A stretch of 56,363 nt of DNA, taken from Sandaracinaceae bacterium (GTDB lineage Bacteria > Myxococcota_A > Polyangia > Polyangiales > Sandaracinaceae). The stretch lies in NCBI GenBank assembly GCA_044220955.1, contig JBGAQA010000010.1:58100-114462 (forward strand), given 5' to 3'. This document shows positions 29,606 through 38,781 of this stretch, in pieces. The translations under genes and the position numbers were made by a program. Position 1 is the first letter of the stretch. The number at the start of each line of letters is the position of its first letter. A model generated the notes under the pieces. That model made no database searches. It worked only from the letters and a program-made list of their open reading frames with translations, and was not told the origin of the DNA.

Positions 29606-31345
29606 TCAGCGACAGGTGTCGCTTACGCTGATCGTCGTGACCGAGCCGCTCTGGATCGCGTCGCACGCGAGGCCGCTGAAGGTCAGGCGCGTGCCCGTGA
29701 TCGTGTAGCTGGCGGCTGGGACGACGAGGCCGTTCTGCCGGACGACCTCGTGGCCCGGGCGCGGAGGCGCGCTCGCGAGGTCGAAGCCGCAGTCGGTCGC
29801 GGACGCGAGGATGGCGCGGAGCGAGCGCTCGAACGCGGGGCCGTCCACGGCCTCGTAGTAGTGCAGCGAGCCGCTGCGCGCGCGTCCGCCGGCGTCGGCC
29901 ATCTGGTTCAGCGCCGCCTGCAGCGCGGGGATCCCCGACGTGTCTCCCGTGCGGTCCGGGCCGACGAAGCCGAGCACGAACGTGTCCACCCCCAGCATCG
30001 TGCGCAGCGACGTGATCGCCGCCACCGTGGCCGGCACGGTCGCGCCGCAGTTCGGCTCCGGGAGGCCGTCGGTCGCGAGCACGACGAAGCGCGGCATCGA
30101 GGTCGGGTGCGCGCGGATGTACGCGTCGGCCGTCGCGAGCGCCTGCGGCGTCGGCGTGTCGCCGCCGCGCGGATCGACGGTGATCAGCCGCGCGCTGATG
30201 GTCGGCCCCGTGCCGAGGGCGATGCCGATGTCGGGTGTGCTCGCGACCATGCAGCTCATCAGCTCGCTCGTTCCGTCCATGCGCGGGAACGTCAGCAAGC
30301 CGAGCGGCAGATCCGTGAGCAGGGGCAGGACCGTGCCCATCGCGCCCTCGAGCTCGACCCAGCGCGTGTTCGTCGTCCCGACGGCGGGCCAGTCCATGCT
30401 GCCCGAGCGGTCGACCACGAAGAGCAGCTCCGTGCTCGTCGGGATCACGGGCACCGTCTCGGTGTAGGGCGTGCAGCACGCCGCGTCGGTGTCGCAGTCG
30501 CTGTCGGCGCAGTCGGTCGTCCCGTCGCAGTCCTCGTCGAGGCCGCCGGTGCAGTCCTCGGTGCCCGGCAGCACCGCGCCCACGCACGTTCCCCAGCCGG
30601 TGGCCGTGCAGTCCTGCAGGCCGTCGTCGCAGACGCCGCGCAGGCGGGTCCCGGCCGGGCCGCCGTAGCAGTTCCGCGTGGTGCCCGCGGTGCACGTGCA
30701 GCCCTCGTCGACGATGCCGTCGCAGTCCTCGTCGTTCACGCCGTCGCACGCTTCGGTCGAGGGCGTGACCTCGCCCGTGCAGGTGCCGCTCCAGCGCGAG
30801 CCCGTGGCGGTCAGCTCGCAGGCCTCGACGCCGTCCGTGCAGAGGCCGGTGCCGCGGCCGTCGGTACCCGAGTAGCAAGGACGCGTCGCGCCCTCGAGGC
30901 ACTCGCAGCCCTCGTCGACCATGCCGTCGCAGTCGTCGTCGATCGCGTCGCAGCGCTCGGGGCTCGGCATGCCGTCGCCGGAGCAGGCGTCCCAGACTCC
31001 GAATTCCATCGTCGAGACGCAGTCCTGTACGCCCCAGTGACAGGCGCCGACGCCCGCCAGGCCGGGGTCGCCGCGGAAGCACTGCTGCTGCGTGCCCGGC
31101 GGGCACATGCAGCCCTCGTCCACGTTGCCGTCGCGATCGCCGTCGATGCCGTCGCCGCAGGGATCGATCGGCCCGCCGTCCACGAGGTTCGCGTCCCCGG
31201 GATCGGCGTCCTCGAGCACGCCCGAGTCGCGGTTCGCGTGGCGCACGGGCATGCCCGCGCAGTCGCAGCCGGTGGCGAGGCCGCCGAGGGTGGAGACGAG
31301 CGCGAGGCCGAGGACGACGCGCGACGGAAACAGCATGGTGGTCAT
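29606..31345 (-). CDS. Cys-rich repeat + VWA domain lipoprotein (CglB-like adhesin architecture)
   Basis: Signal peptide ending ATGC; repeated CDxxDxDCDGxVDEGC; MIDAS DRSGSM...TPT...LATDG. Confidence 0.8.
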   Translation of the reverse strand: MTTMLFPSRVVLGLALVSTLGGLATGCDCAGMPVRHANRDSGVLEDADPGDANLVDGGPIDPCGDGIDGDRDGNVDEGCMCPPGTQQQCFRGDPGLAGVGACHWGVQDCVSTMEFGVWDACSGDGMPSPERCDAIDDDCDGMVDEGCECLEGATRPCYSGTDGRGTGLCTDGVEACELTATGSRWSGTCTGEVTPSTEACDGVNDEDCDGIVDEGCTCTAGTTRNCYGGPAGTRLRGVCDDGLQDCTATGWGTCVGAVLPGTEDCTGGLDEDCDGTTDCADSDCDTDAACCTPYTETVPVIPTSTELLFVVDRSGSMDWPAVGTTNTRWVELEGAMGTVLPLLTDLPLGLLTFPRMDGTSELMSCMVASTPDIGIALGTGPTISARLITVDPRGGDTPTPQALATADAYIRAHPTSMPRFVVLATDGLPEPNCGATVPATVAAITSLRTMLGVDTFVLGFVGPDRTGDTSGIPALQAALNQMADAGGRARSGSLHYYEAVDGPAFERSLRAILASATDCGFDLASAPPRPGHEVVRQNGLVVPAASYTITGTRLTFSGLACDAIQSGSVTTISVSDTCR

Positions 31346-31435
31346 CGATCCCCGATGATCGAGAGAGGAGCCCCGACGATAGCACCCGCGTGGGAATCGG
31401 CTCACGGAGAGGCCGGATTCCGCCGTGACTGCCGC

Positions 31436-32056
31436 TCAGCCGCCGGGTGCCCAGTGCCCGCGCCGGTGGCAGCCCTCGAGGTGGTCGTCGACCATGCCCA
31501 TCGCCTGCATCAGCGCGTAGCAGGTGGTCGGCCCGACGAAGCGGAAGCCGCGCTCCTTGAGGTCCTTCGCGAGCCGCGTCGATGCGGGCGCGGTGCTCAT
31601 CGCGCGCAGCTCCCTCAGGCGCATGCGCCTGGGCCGCTCGCTCGCGGGCGGCGCGAAGCCCCAGAGGTACGCGTCGAGCGAGCCCTCCTGCTCCACGAGT
31701 GTGAGCGTCGCGCGCGCGTTCTGGATCGCCGCCTCGATCTTGCCGCGGTGGCGCACGATGCCGGGGTCGCCCAGCAGCCGCTTCACGTCCGTCTCGCCGA
31801 AGCGCGCCACCTTCGCCGGATCGAAGGCGCGGAACACCTCGCGGAAGCGCGGGCGCTTCTTGAGGATCGTGATCCACGAGAGTCCGGACTGAAACCCCTC
31901 GAGCACGAGCTTCTCGAAGAGCCGATGCTCGTCGTGCGTGGGCTTGCCCCACTCGTCGTCGTGGTAGCGGAGATACACGGGATCGCTCCCCGCCCACGCG
32001 CAGCGCACGACTCCGTCCTCGCCGCGCAGGAGGCCCTCGGGCAGCTTCTTCGTCAT
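31436..32056 (-). CDS. tag: DNA-3-methyladenine glycosylase I
   Basis: RCAW, YHDDEWG, LEGFQSGLSWITILKKR, IVRHRGKI, GFRFVGPTT.Y, DDHLEGC; ATGA overlap with the upstream gene. Confidence 0.93.
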   Translation of the reverse strand: MTKKLPEGLLRGEDGVVRCAWAGSDPVYLRYHDDEWGKPTHDEHRLFEKLVLEGFQSGLSWITILKKRPRFREVFRAFDPAKVARFGETDVKRLLGDPGIVRHRGKIEAAIQNARATLTLVEQEGSLDAYLWGFAPPASERPRRMRLRELRAMSTAPASTRLAKDLKERGFRFVGPTTCYALMQAMGMVDDHLEGCHRRGHWAPGG

Positions 32057-32862
32057 TCGTCGTGCGCCCGCCCGGCGAACTCGGTGACGAACGCGAGGTG
32101 CAGCTCGCTCCCCGGCTTGCGCAGCTCGCTGGCGCGGCGCCCCGTCTCGATCGCCGTCACCGCGATCGTGCGGCCCCGCGTCTCGAAGCGAACGTTCCAC
32201 TCCTTCACGCTCATGCGCGCGCCGCGCGGGTCGATCTTGATGCGTCGGTACGCGTGCGGCTGCGGGCCGAGCGCGAGCGAGGCGAGGATGCGCTCGCGCA
32301 GCTCGACGCCGCGCTCGCGCAGCCACCCGAGCTGCGCCTCGGCGCGCGGATCGATCGTCACCTCCCACGTCGGGCGTGGATCGGCGGGGCGCTCGCCGCC
32401 CGGCAGCGCGCCCTCGGGTGGCGCGAGCCAGCCGGTCTTCGCGCTCGGGATCGCATCGGTCCACGGCACGTAGGGCTTGAGGTCGAGCACGGGCGTTCCA
32501 TCGATCAGGTCGAGATCTTCGACCACGAGCACGAGCCCGCTCACCGAGACGAGCTTCACCGCGCTGATGCCGATCGGGTTCGGCCGGTGCGGTGCGCGCG
32601 TCGCGAGCACGCCGCGCTTCCGCTCGCTGCGTGGCGGCTGCACCTTCGGCTTCCAGCCCACGGCGCGGTCGAACCAGAACACGACCCACACGTAGTCCCA
32701 GCCGACGAGGTCCTCGACCGCGTCCTCGAGACCGAGACCGCTCACGAGCTCGATCCGGCCGCGCACGCCCTCGGCGGCGCGAGGCTGCCGCGGCGCCTCG
32801 GCGAGCTCCGAGAAGGGGCTGCGCACGACGCCGATCGGCCGGACGACGAGCTCGCGCTCCAT
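32053..32862 (-). CDS. trmO: tRNA t6A37 N6-methyltransferase TrmO (TsaA)
   Basis: PIGVVRSPF...PRQP, GVLATRAPHRPNPIGIS, DLIDGTPVLDLKPY. Confidence 0.9.
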   Translation of the reverse strand: MERELVVRPIGVVRSPFSELAEAPRQPRAAEGVRGRIELVSGLGLEDAVEDLVGWDYVWVVFWFDRAVGWKPKVQPPRSERKRGVLATRAPHRPNPIGISAVKLVSVSGLVLVVEDLDLIDGTPVLDLKPYVPWTDAIPSAKTGWLAPPEGALPGGERPADPRPTWEVTIDPRAEAQLGWLRERGVELRERILASLALGPQPHAYRRIKIDPRGARMSVKEWNVRFETRGRTIAVTAIETGRRASELRKPGSELHLAFVTEFAGRAHDE

Positions 32863-32863
32863 C

Positions 32864-34198
32864 TCAGTGGCCCGCGGAGACGAGCGCCTCGATCTCCTCG
32901 AGGTCGCTCGACTCGGGGTCGAGCTCGCGGGCGTGAGCGAGGTGTGCGCGGGCCGCGTCGATCTCCCCGCGCTCGACGGCTGCGCGCGCCGCGTCGAGCT
33001 CGTCCTTGGCCATGTCCTCGCGCTCCTGACGCGTGAGCGCCTCGAGCGCGCTCGCGCCGGTGTCGGGCTCGCTCCACGCGTCGAGCCCGGCGTCGTCCGC
33101 CGCGCCCGCGTCGGGCGGCCCGGCGTCGCGCGGCCGTGGCCGTCCTGCGTCGGCGCTCGTCGCGACCGAGCCGTCGGCCAGCTCCGCGTCGCCCTCGCCT
33201 CCGCCGCCGCCGAAGATCCCGCTGCCTCCGCCGAACACGAGCGCGGCTCCGCCGAGCACCACGAGCGCGACGACGAGCATCGCTGCGAAGAGCCCGCCGC
33301 TGACGCCCGCCTTCCCGCGCGCCTCGCTCGGACGATCGCCGGGCATCGGCGCCAGAAGGCCCGCGTCGACGTAGGCCTGCTCGAAGGCCTCGGCGAGCTC
33401 CACCGCGCTGCCGAAGCGCGCGTCCGCCTTCTTGTCGAGCCCGCGCATGATCACGGCGTCGACCTGCGCGGGGACCGCGGCCTTGCCCGCCACGCTCGGC
33501 GGCGGGGGCGTGTCGTGGATCACCGCGTGTGCGACCGAGATCGCATCGTCGCCAGGGAACGCGCGCGCGCCGCTCGCCAGCTCGTAGAGCACCGCCGCGA
33601 ACGAGAAGAGATCCGTCCTCGGGCCGTACTTGCCGGCGGCGAGCGTCTCCGGCGCGGCGTAGCAGGGCGTCCCGAGGAACTGTCCTTCCTTCGTCAGCGC
33701 GGCGTCGGGCAGGCGCGCGACGCCGAAGTCCGCGAGCTTGGCGCGCCCGTCCTCGGCCAGGAGGATGTTGTCGGGCTTCACGTCGCGGTGGATGATCCCG
33801 CGCTCGTGCGCGAGGTCGATCGCATGCCCGATCTGGCGCGCGACGTCGACGAGCTCCTCCGGCGGGAGCGGCCCTCGATCCCGCAGCACGTGCTTGAGCG
33901 TCGTGCCCTTCACGTACTCGAGCACCAGGAAGGGCCCGCCGACGGCCGGATCCTCGCCGACGTCGAAGACCTGCACGATGGTCGGGTCGTGCAGGCGCGC
34001 GGCGGCCTTGGCCTCGTTGCGGAAGCGCTCGAGGAAGCGCTTCTTCGCGTCGTCCTGGAGGTCGAGCTCCTTGAGCGTCTTGATCGCGACCTCGCGGTCG
34101 AGCGAGGGGTCGCGCCCGAGGTGCACCGCGCCCATCGCACCCTGCCCGAGCAGGCGGATGACCTCGTAGCGGCCGATCTTGTCGGGGACCTTCGTCAC
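32864..34198 (-). CDS. Hanks-type Ser/Thr protein kinase with TM and C-terminal TPR-like helix pair
   Basis: LGQGAMG, VAIK, HRDVKPDN, DFG, GTPCYAAPE; TM segment near the C-terminus. Confidence 0.92.
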   Translation of the reverse strand: MTKVPDKIGRYEVIRLLGQGAMGAVHLGRDPSLDREVAIKTLKELDLQDDAKKRFLERFRNEAKAAARLHDPTIVQVFDVGEDPAVGGPFLVLEYVKGTTLKHVLRDRGPLPPEELVDVARQIGHAIDLAHERGIIHRDVKPDNILLAEDGRAKLADFGVARLPDAALTKEGQFLGTPCYAAPETLAAGKYGPRTDLFSFAAVLYELASGARAFPGDDAISVAHAVIHDTPPPPSVAGKAAVPAQVDAVIMRGLDKKADARFGSAVELAEAFEQAYVDAGLLAPMPGDRPSEARGKAGVSGGLFAAMLVVALVVLGGAALVFGGGSGIFGGGGGEGDAELADGSVATSADAGRPRPRDAGPPDAGAADDAGLDAWSEPDTGASALEALTRQEREDMAKDELDAARAAVERGEIDAARAHLAHARELDPESSDLEEIEALVSAGH

Positions 34199-34256
34199 GA
34201 CGCGAGAGCGGAGATACCCGTGATCGACGGCCCACGTCCAGCCAGCAGCCGCTGGA

Positions 34257-35330
34257 TCAGCCGGCCTTGGACTGCTCCTCGAGCAGCGCGGCCTGGTGGC
34301 TCGCGCGGAGCGCGCCGAAGAGCTCGTCGAGGTCGCCGTTCATCACGGCGTCGAGCTTGTGCAGCGTGAGGCCGATGCGGTGGTCGGTGACGCGGTTCTG
34401 CGGGTAGTTGTAGGTGCGGATCTTCTCGCTGCGCTCGCCCGAGCCGACCATGTCCTTGCGCTCGCTGGCGCGCGCGGCGTCGGCCACCGACTGCTCGCGC
34501 TCGAGCAGGCGCGCCCGGAGCACCTTCAGCGCGCGCGCCTTGTTCTTCAGCTGCGAGCGCTCGTCCTGACACTTCACGATCAGGCCGGTGGGGATGTGGC
34601 GGATCTGGACCGCCGAGTTCGTGGTGTTCACGCCCTGGCCACCGGGGCCGCCCGATGCGGCGATGGAGATCTCGAGGTCCTTGTCGTCGATCTGCACGTC
34701 GACCTCCTCGGCCTCGGGCATCACCGCGACGGTCGCGGTGGACGTGTGGATGCGCCCCTGACTCTCGGTCGCCGGCACGCGCTGCACCCGGTGCACGCCG
34801 CCCTCGAAGCGCAGCCACGAGTACACCTTGTCGCCGCTGACGCTCGCGATCAGCTCCTTCAGGCCGCCGGCGCTCGCGTCGCTGGAGTTGAGGATCTCGA
34901 CCTTCCAGCCGTGCGCGTCCGCGTAGCGCGAGTACATGCGGAAGAGGTCCGCCGCGAAGAGCGCTGCCTCCTCGCCGCCCGTGCCGCTGCGGATCTCGAG
35001 GATCGTGTTCTTCGCGTCGTTCGGATCGCGCGGCAAGAGCAGCGTCTCGAGCTGCGCCGCGAGCGCGCTGATCTGCCGCTCGAGGCCGGGGATCTCCTCC
35101 TCGGCCATCGGGCGCATCTCGGCGTCGGCGAGCAGCGCCTTGTTGCCCGCGAGGTCGCTCGACGCGCGCTCGTAGGCATCGAACGCCTTCACGATCTCGC
35201 CGAGGTCCGCGTGCTCGCGCCGCAGCGCCGTGTAGCGCTTGGTGTCCGCGATCACCTCGGGCACGCAGAGCAGCTCCTCGAGCTCGGAGTGGCGCGCGCG
35301 GAGGCTCTTCAGCTTTTCGATCGGCAGCAT
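34257..35330 (-). CDS. prfA: Peptide chain release factor 1
   Basis: GGEEAALFA, EGGVHRVQRVPATE (RF1 PxT motif), GGQ, RSEKIRTYNYPQNRVTDHRI. Confidence 0.97.
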   Translation of the reverse strand: MLPIEKLKSLRARHSELEELLCVPEVIADTKRYTALRREHADLGEIVKAFDAYERASSDLAGNKALLADAEMRPMAEEEIPGLERQISALAAQLETLLLPRDPNDAKNTILEIRSGTGGEEAALFAADLFRMYSRYADAHGWKVEILNSSDASAGGLKELIASVSGDKVYSWLRFEGGVHRVQRVPATESQGRIHTSTATVAVMPEAEEVDVQIDDKDLEISIAASGGPGGQGVNTTNSAVQIRHIPTGLIVKCQDERSQLKNKARALKVLRARLLEREQSVADAARASERKDMVGSGERSEKIRTYNYPQNRVTDHRIGLTLHKLDAVMNGDLDELFGALRASHQAALLEEQSKAG

Positions 35331-35340
35331 GGCCGGGTGC

Positions 35341-36426
35341 TCAGGCAGCGACGGCGTAGTGCTCGATCGCGCCGGCGAACGAGTCGAACGACGCGACGCC
35401 GTCGGCCTTCGTCTTGGTGCGCGCGGCCTGCATCGCGACGATGGCGACCTCGATCTGCGCGTCGTCGGGCTCGCGGGTCGTGATCTTCTGGAAGAGGAAG
35501 CCCGGGTAGAGCAGCACGCGGAGCGGCCCGGTCGTGCAGTGGCGCGCCGAGAGGCGCTGCAGCTCGTAGCTCACCGCGGCGATCAGCGGCAGGAGCGAGA
35601 TGCGCAGCGCGAGCGTCTCGAGCTGCCCGACGAGGCCCGTCGCGCCCGGCAGCACCAGCGGCGTGATGATCGAGCCGAGCACGACCGAGATGATCACCAC
35701 CGTGATCAGGAACGTCGTCCCGCAGCGCGGGTGGAGCGGGCTCTGCTTGCGCACGTTCTCGACCGTGAGCGGCAGCTCCGCCTCGTAGGCGTAGATCGTC
35801 TTGTGCTCGGCGCCGTGATAGTGGAACACGCGCCGGATCTCCTCGATGCGCGAGATCGCGACGAGGTAGGTCGTGAGCACGGCGAGCTTGAAGCCGCCCG
35901 TGATGGCGTGGAAGCGCCAGTCGGCCGGGCCGAGGTCGAGCCCGAACAGGCGCGAGAGCCCGACGGTCAGCCCCTGCGGCAGCGCGATGAAGAGGCCGAG
36001 CGCGAAGAGCGTCGAGAGCGCGAGCGCCCCGCGCTGCGCCATCGTGGGCTTCTCCTCGTCCGTCAGCGAGGGCTTCGTGGTCTTCTCCGGCGCCGTCTTC
36101 TCGCGCGCGTCCTCGGGCTCCACGTCGGTCGCCGCGATGACCCACGCGTGGAGCATCGTGAGCGCCGCCTGGGCCGCCGTCTCCTGCTGCTGGGCCGAGA
36201 ACGAGAGCGCGCGGTAGCCCACCGACATCGACTCGACGAGCGTCACGATGCCGCGCACGCCGGGGATCTTGCGCAGCCCCTTCTGCTCGCTCGGTAGCTG
36301 CCCCTCGAGCACGGCGAGGGTTCCGTCCGGCCGCCGCACCGCGACGGACAGCCCCTCGGGGGCGCGCATCATCACGCCCTCGATCACGGCCTGCCCGCCG
36401 ATGTACGGCTTGGGAGCCGCGCTCAT
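35341..36426 (-). CDS. DUF1385 family membrane protein
   Basis: IGGQAVIEGVMMR, VFHYHGAEHK, HPRCGT, QKITTREPD; usual rpmE-DUF1385-prfA context. Confidence 0.9.
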   Translation of the reverse strand: MSAAPKPYIGGQAVIEGVMMRAPEGLSVAVRRPDGTLAVLEGQLPSEQKGLRKIPGVRGIVTLVESMSVGYRALSFSAQQQETAAQAALTMLHAWVIAATDVEPEDAREKTAPEKTTKPSLTDEEKPTMAQRGALALSTLFALGLFIALPQGLTVGLSRLFGLDLGPADWRFHAITGGFKLAVLTTYLVAISRIEEIRRVFHYHGAEHKTIYAYEAELPLTVENVRKQSPLHPRCGTTFLITVVIISVVLGSIITPLVLPGATGLVGQLETLALRISLLPLIAAVSYELQRLSARHCTTGPLRVLLYPGFLFQKITTREPDDAQIEVAIVAMQAARTKTKADGVASFDSFAGAIEHYAVAA

Positions 36427-36589
36427 GACGCGGCCCGCGCGAGAAGTCGGTAGCTTGAGTCGATCGTCGAGAGCATCGGGTTCGAGGCCGTCACCGCGTG
36501 GCGAGGTGATTCGTACCTCGCGAGGCGAGCGGTAGCGAGCCGAGTCGCAACGCGGGGTGGGGCCCCGATCCGGCTCCGCCGGGCGGGGC

Positions 36590-36608
36590 GGGGCCGCGTA
36601 TCGGCCCC
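36590..36608. repeat. GC-rich palindromic unit (REP-like hairpin), copy 1
   Basis: GGGGCCG-CGTAT-CGGCCCC just downstream of rpmE; 18/19 identical to 49345-49363. Confidence 0.55.
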
Positions 36609-36615
36609 GGGAAGA

Positions 36616-36870
36616 TCAGTCTGGCTTCGGCTTGCGGACCGGCTTGGCCTTCGGAGCGCGCGGCTCCTTGGCGACGCCCTCGTACTTCTTGCGGAAGCGC
36701 TCCACGCGGCCGGCCGTGTCCATCATGCGCTGCTTGCCCGTGTAGAACGGGTGGCAGGCGGAGCAGACGTCGACGGTGAACGAGCCGCGCGTCGACTTCG
36801 TCTGCACGACGTTCCCGCACGCGCAGTTGACCGTCGCGTCGAGATACTCGGGGTGGATGTCGGCCTTCAT
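36616..36870 (-). CDS. rpmE: 50S ribosomal protein L31, Zn-binding type
   Basis: [13 protein letters not shown]...[13 protein letters not shown]...GRVERF. Confidence 0.97.
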   Translation of the reverse strand: MKADIHPEYLDATVNCACGNVVQTKSTRGSFTVDVCSACHPFYTGKQRMMDTAGRVERFRKKYEGVAKEPRAPKAKPVRKPKPD

Positions 36871-36969
36871 GATGATCGCTTCCTCTGGCCCCTCCGATCT
36901 CCGGCCGGGACGGCGCGGGTGAGAGGGGGGTCGCGTATGTAGCGAAGCGGCCGCCCGGCGGCAAGCGGG

Positions 36970-37644
36970 CTACTGCCGGATCGGGCCGGTGGCGGGCGCC
37001 CAGCTCAGGGTGCCGTGCTCGAAGCGGATCGACTGCGGGGCGCTCGGATCGTCGGGGATCGACGTGTCTTCCAGCGGGAAGCCGAGGCCGCTGCCGAAGG
37101 CGCCCAGGGTACACCAGAAGGAATAGAGCGCTCCGTGGACGGCGTGGGTCCCCAGGCGGGGGTGGTCGAAGATGGCGCCGCGGGTGCACGCGAGCGCGCG
37201 GGCGGTGCCGTCCGGGGTCGCGACGGGTGCTTGCGCGGGCCAGCCGACGGGTGCACGCGCCGCGCCGAGGGCCAGCCACGCCGCGAGCAGCCGGTCCGCG
37301 GCGGGCATCACGATCGCCTTGGCGCCCGACCACGCGAAGATCGCTCCGCTCTGGAAGCGCATCGCCACGCCGGACGCGGGCCCTTCGTGCATCGCGGCGG
37401 CCGGAGGCATCGGCATGCCGAGCGGACCGCCCTTTCCGCCCGCCGCCGACCACGCCGCGCGGATCACGTCGGGGATCGCGTCGGCCGTCGCGGCAGGGAC
37501 GGAGGCGGGTGCGGGTGCGGCGGCCGGCGCGCGCGGCACCGCGGACACCGGCTGGGCGGCTCGGTGCTCCGAGCCCGCGGGCGCGGTGACGCGCGACGCG
37601 GGCGCGATCGCCGCGACCTGCGCGCGCTCGTCGAGGTCGTCGTT
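36970..37644 (-). pseudogene. LGFP-like repeat region, in frame with the upstream peptidase but behind one TGA
   Basis: GGPLGMP, PVGWP, SGLGFP repeats with F..GAI segments; same frame as 37645-38778, and open reading resumes right after the TGA. Confidence 0.6.
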
Positions 37645-38778
37645 TCAGGGCAGGCGCGTGAGCTGCGGCGGGGGCTTGCCGCCCGCCTGCATCGCCGCGA
37701 GGATCTCCGCGCTGCGATCCCGGCCGACGACGGCGCCCGAGTCGCGGCCGCGCACGCGCGACGCCACGCCCGGCGTGATCCCCGCGACCAGGCCGCCCGC
37801 GAGGCCGGCGAGCAGCGAGCTCCCGGTGAACATGCCGACCGCGAGCTGCGCGCCCGTCCCCACGATCGAGCCGATCGCCGAGGCGCCCGTCGCACCCGCG
37901 CCCGGAGACGGCGGCGCTGCGGGCAGCGCGCGCGGATCGATCTTGGCGGTGGGCGAGAGGTCGGGGCGCTCCGTCAGGCGGATCGCCCAGCAGCTGTGCG
38001 TCCACGCGGGGTTCAGCACCCACGCGTAGGGCATGTAGCCGTAGCCGCGGTCGCCCCAGTCCTCACCCCAGGAGTTGCGCACGACGAAGCGCTGCTGTGC
38101 GTCGTCGTAGCCGACCAAGAGCAGCGCGTGCCGCCCGTGCCGCCAGTTGGCGCTCTCCCCCGCGCCGGGCATCGGGATCACGCCGCTCGCCGGCGCGCGC
38201 ATGAAGCTCTCCGTGCAGCGCGTGCCGAACACCACGGGGAAGCCCGCGGCGAGACAGCCTCGCACGGCGCGCGGGTCGAGCCCGACCGACCACCAGTCGC
38301 TCACGCGGAACTGGCTGGCCTCGCGGTACACCTCCTCCGGCGGCTGCACGGCGAAGAGGTTGCGGTCGTAGGGCCACGAGCGCTCGGTCGCCACGCCGAG
38401 GCGCGCGAGCACGCGGATCCCGGTCGCGATCGCCGCCCCCGCGTCGTCGCGCACGCAGTCGTCCCAGAGGCGCTGGTTGTAGTAGACGAAGAGCCGGCTC
38501 AGGTCGGTCGCGCTCCCCGTCTCGCGCCGCACGAGGTACTCGAGGGCGCCCACGATCGCGTTCGACGTGCAGCTGCCGAGCGCGCCCTGGTCCTCGACGC
38601 GCGTCATCCACGGGCGCAGGTCGACGGCCGCGGGCAGCGTGCTCGCGCGCGGCGTGAACGGACGCCGCTCGAAGTCGTCGTCGGGGTCGTCGCGGCACGC
38701 GCCGAGCGCGATCTGCCGCCCGAGGAACGACCCGAACTGCAGGCCGATCTGCTGACCTATCGCGCCGGTTCCCGGCAT
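37645..38778 (-). CDS. C1 (papain-family) cysteine peptidase
   Basis: DQGALGSC (oxyanion Gln, catalytic Cys), LSRLFVYY, HALLLVGY, RNSWG..WGDRGY. Confidence 0.9.
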   Translation of the reverse strand: MPGTGAIGQQIGLQFGSFLGRQIALGACRDDPDDDFERRPFTPRASTLPAAVDLRPWMTRVEDQGALGSCTSNAIVGALEYLVRRETGSATDLSRLFVYYNQRLWDDCVRDDAGAAIATGIRVLARLGVATERSWPYDRNLFAVQPPEEVYREASQFRVSDWWSVGLDPRAVRGCLAAGFPVVFGTRCTESFMRAPASGVIPMPGAGESANWRHGRHALLLVGYDDAQQRFVVRNSWGEDWGDRGYGYMPYAWVLNPAWTHSCWAIRLTERPDLSPTAKIDPRALPAAPPSPGAGATGASAIGSIVGTGAQLAVGMFTGSSLLAGLAGGLVAGITPGVASRVRGRDSGAVVGRDRSAEILAAMQAGGKPPPQLTRLP

Positions 38779-38781
38779 CGC

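Noticed and set aside
37645..37647. Selenocysteine codon
   Set aside because: The TGA lies in a linker, not at a catalytic or redox Cys position, and the downstream stem is not a convincing SECIS.
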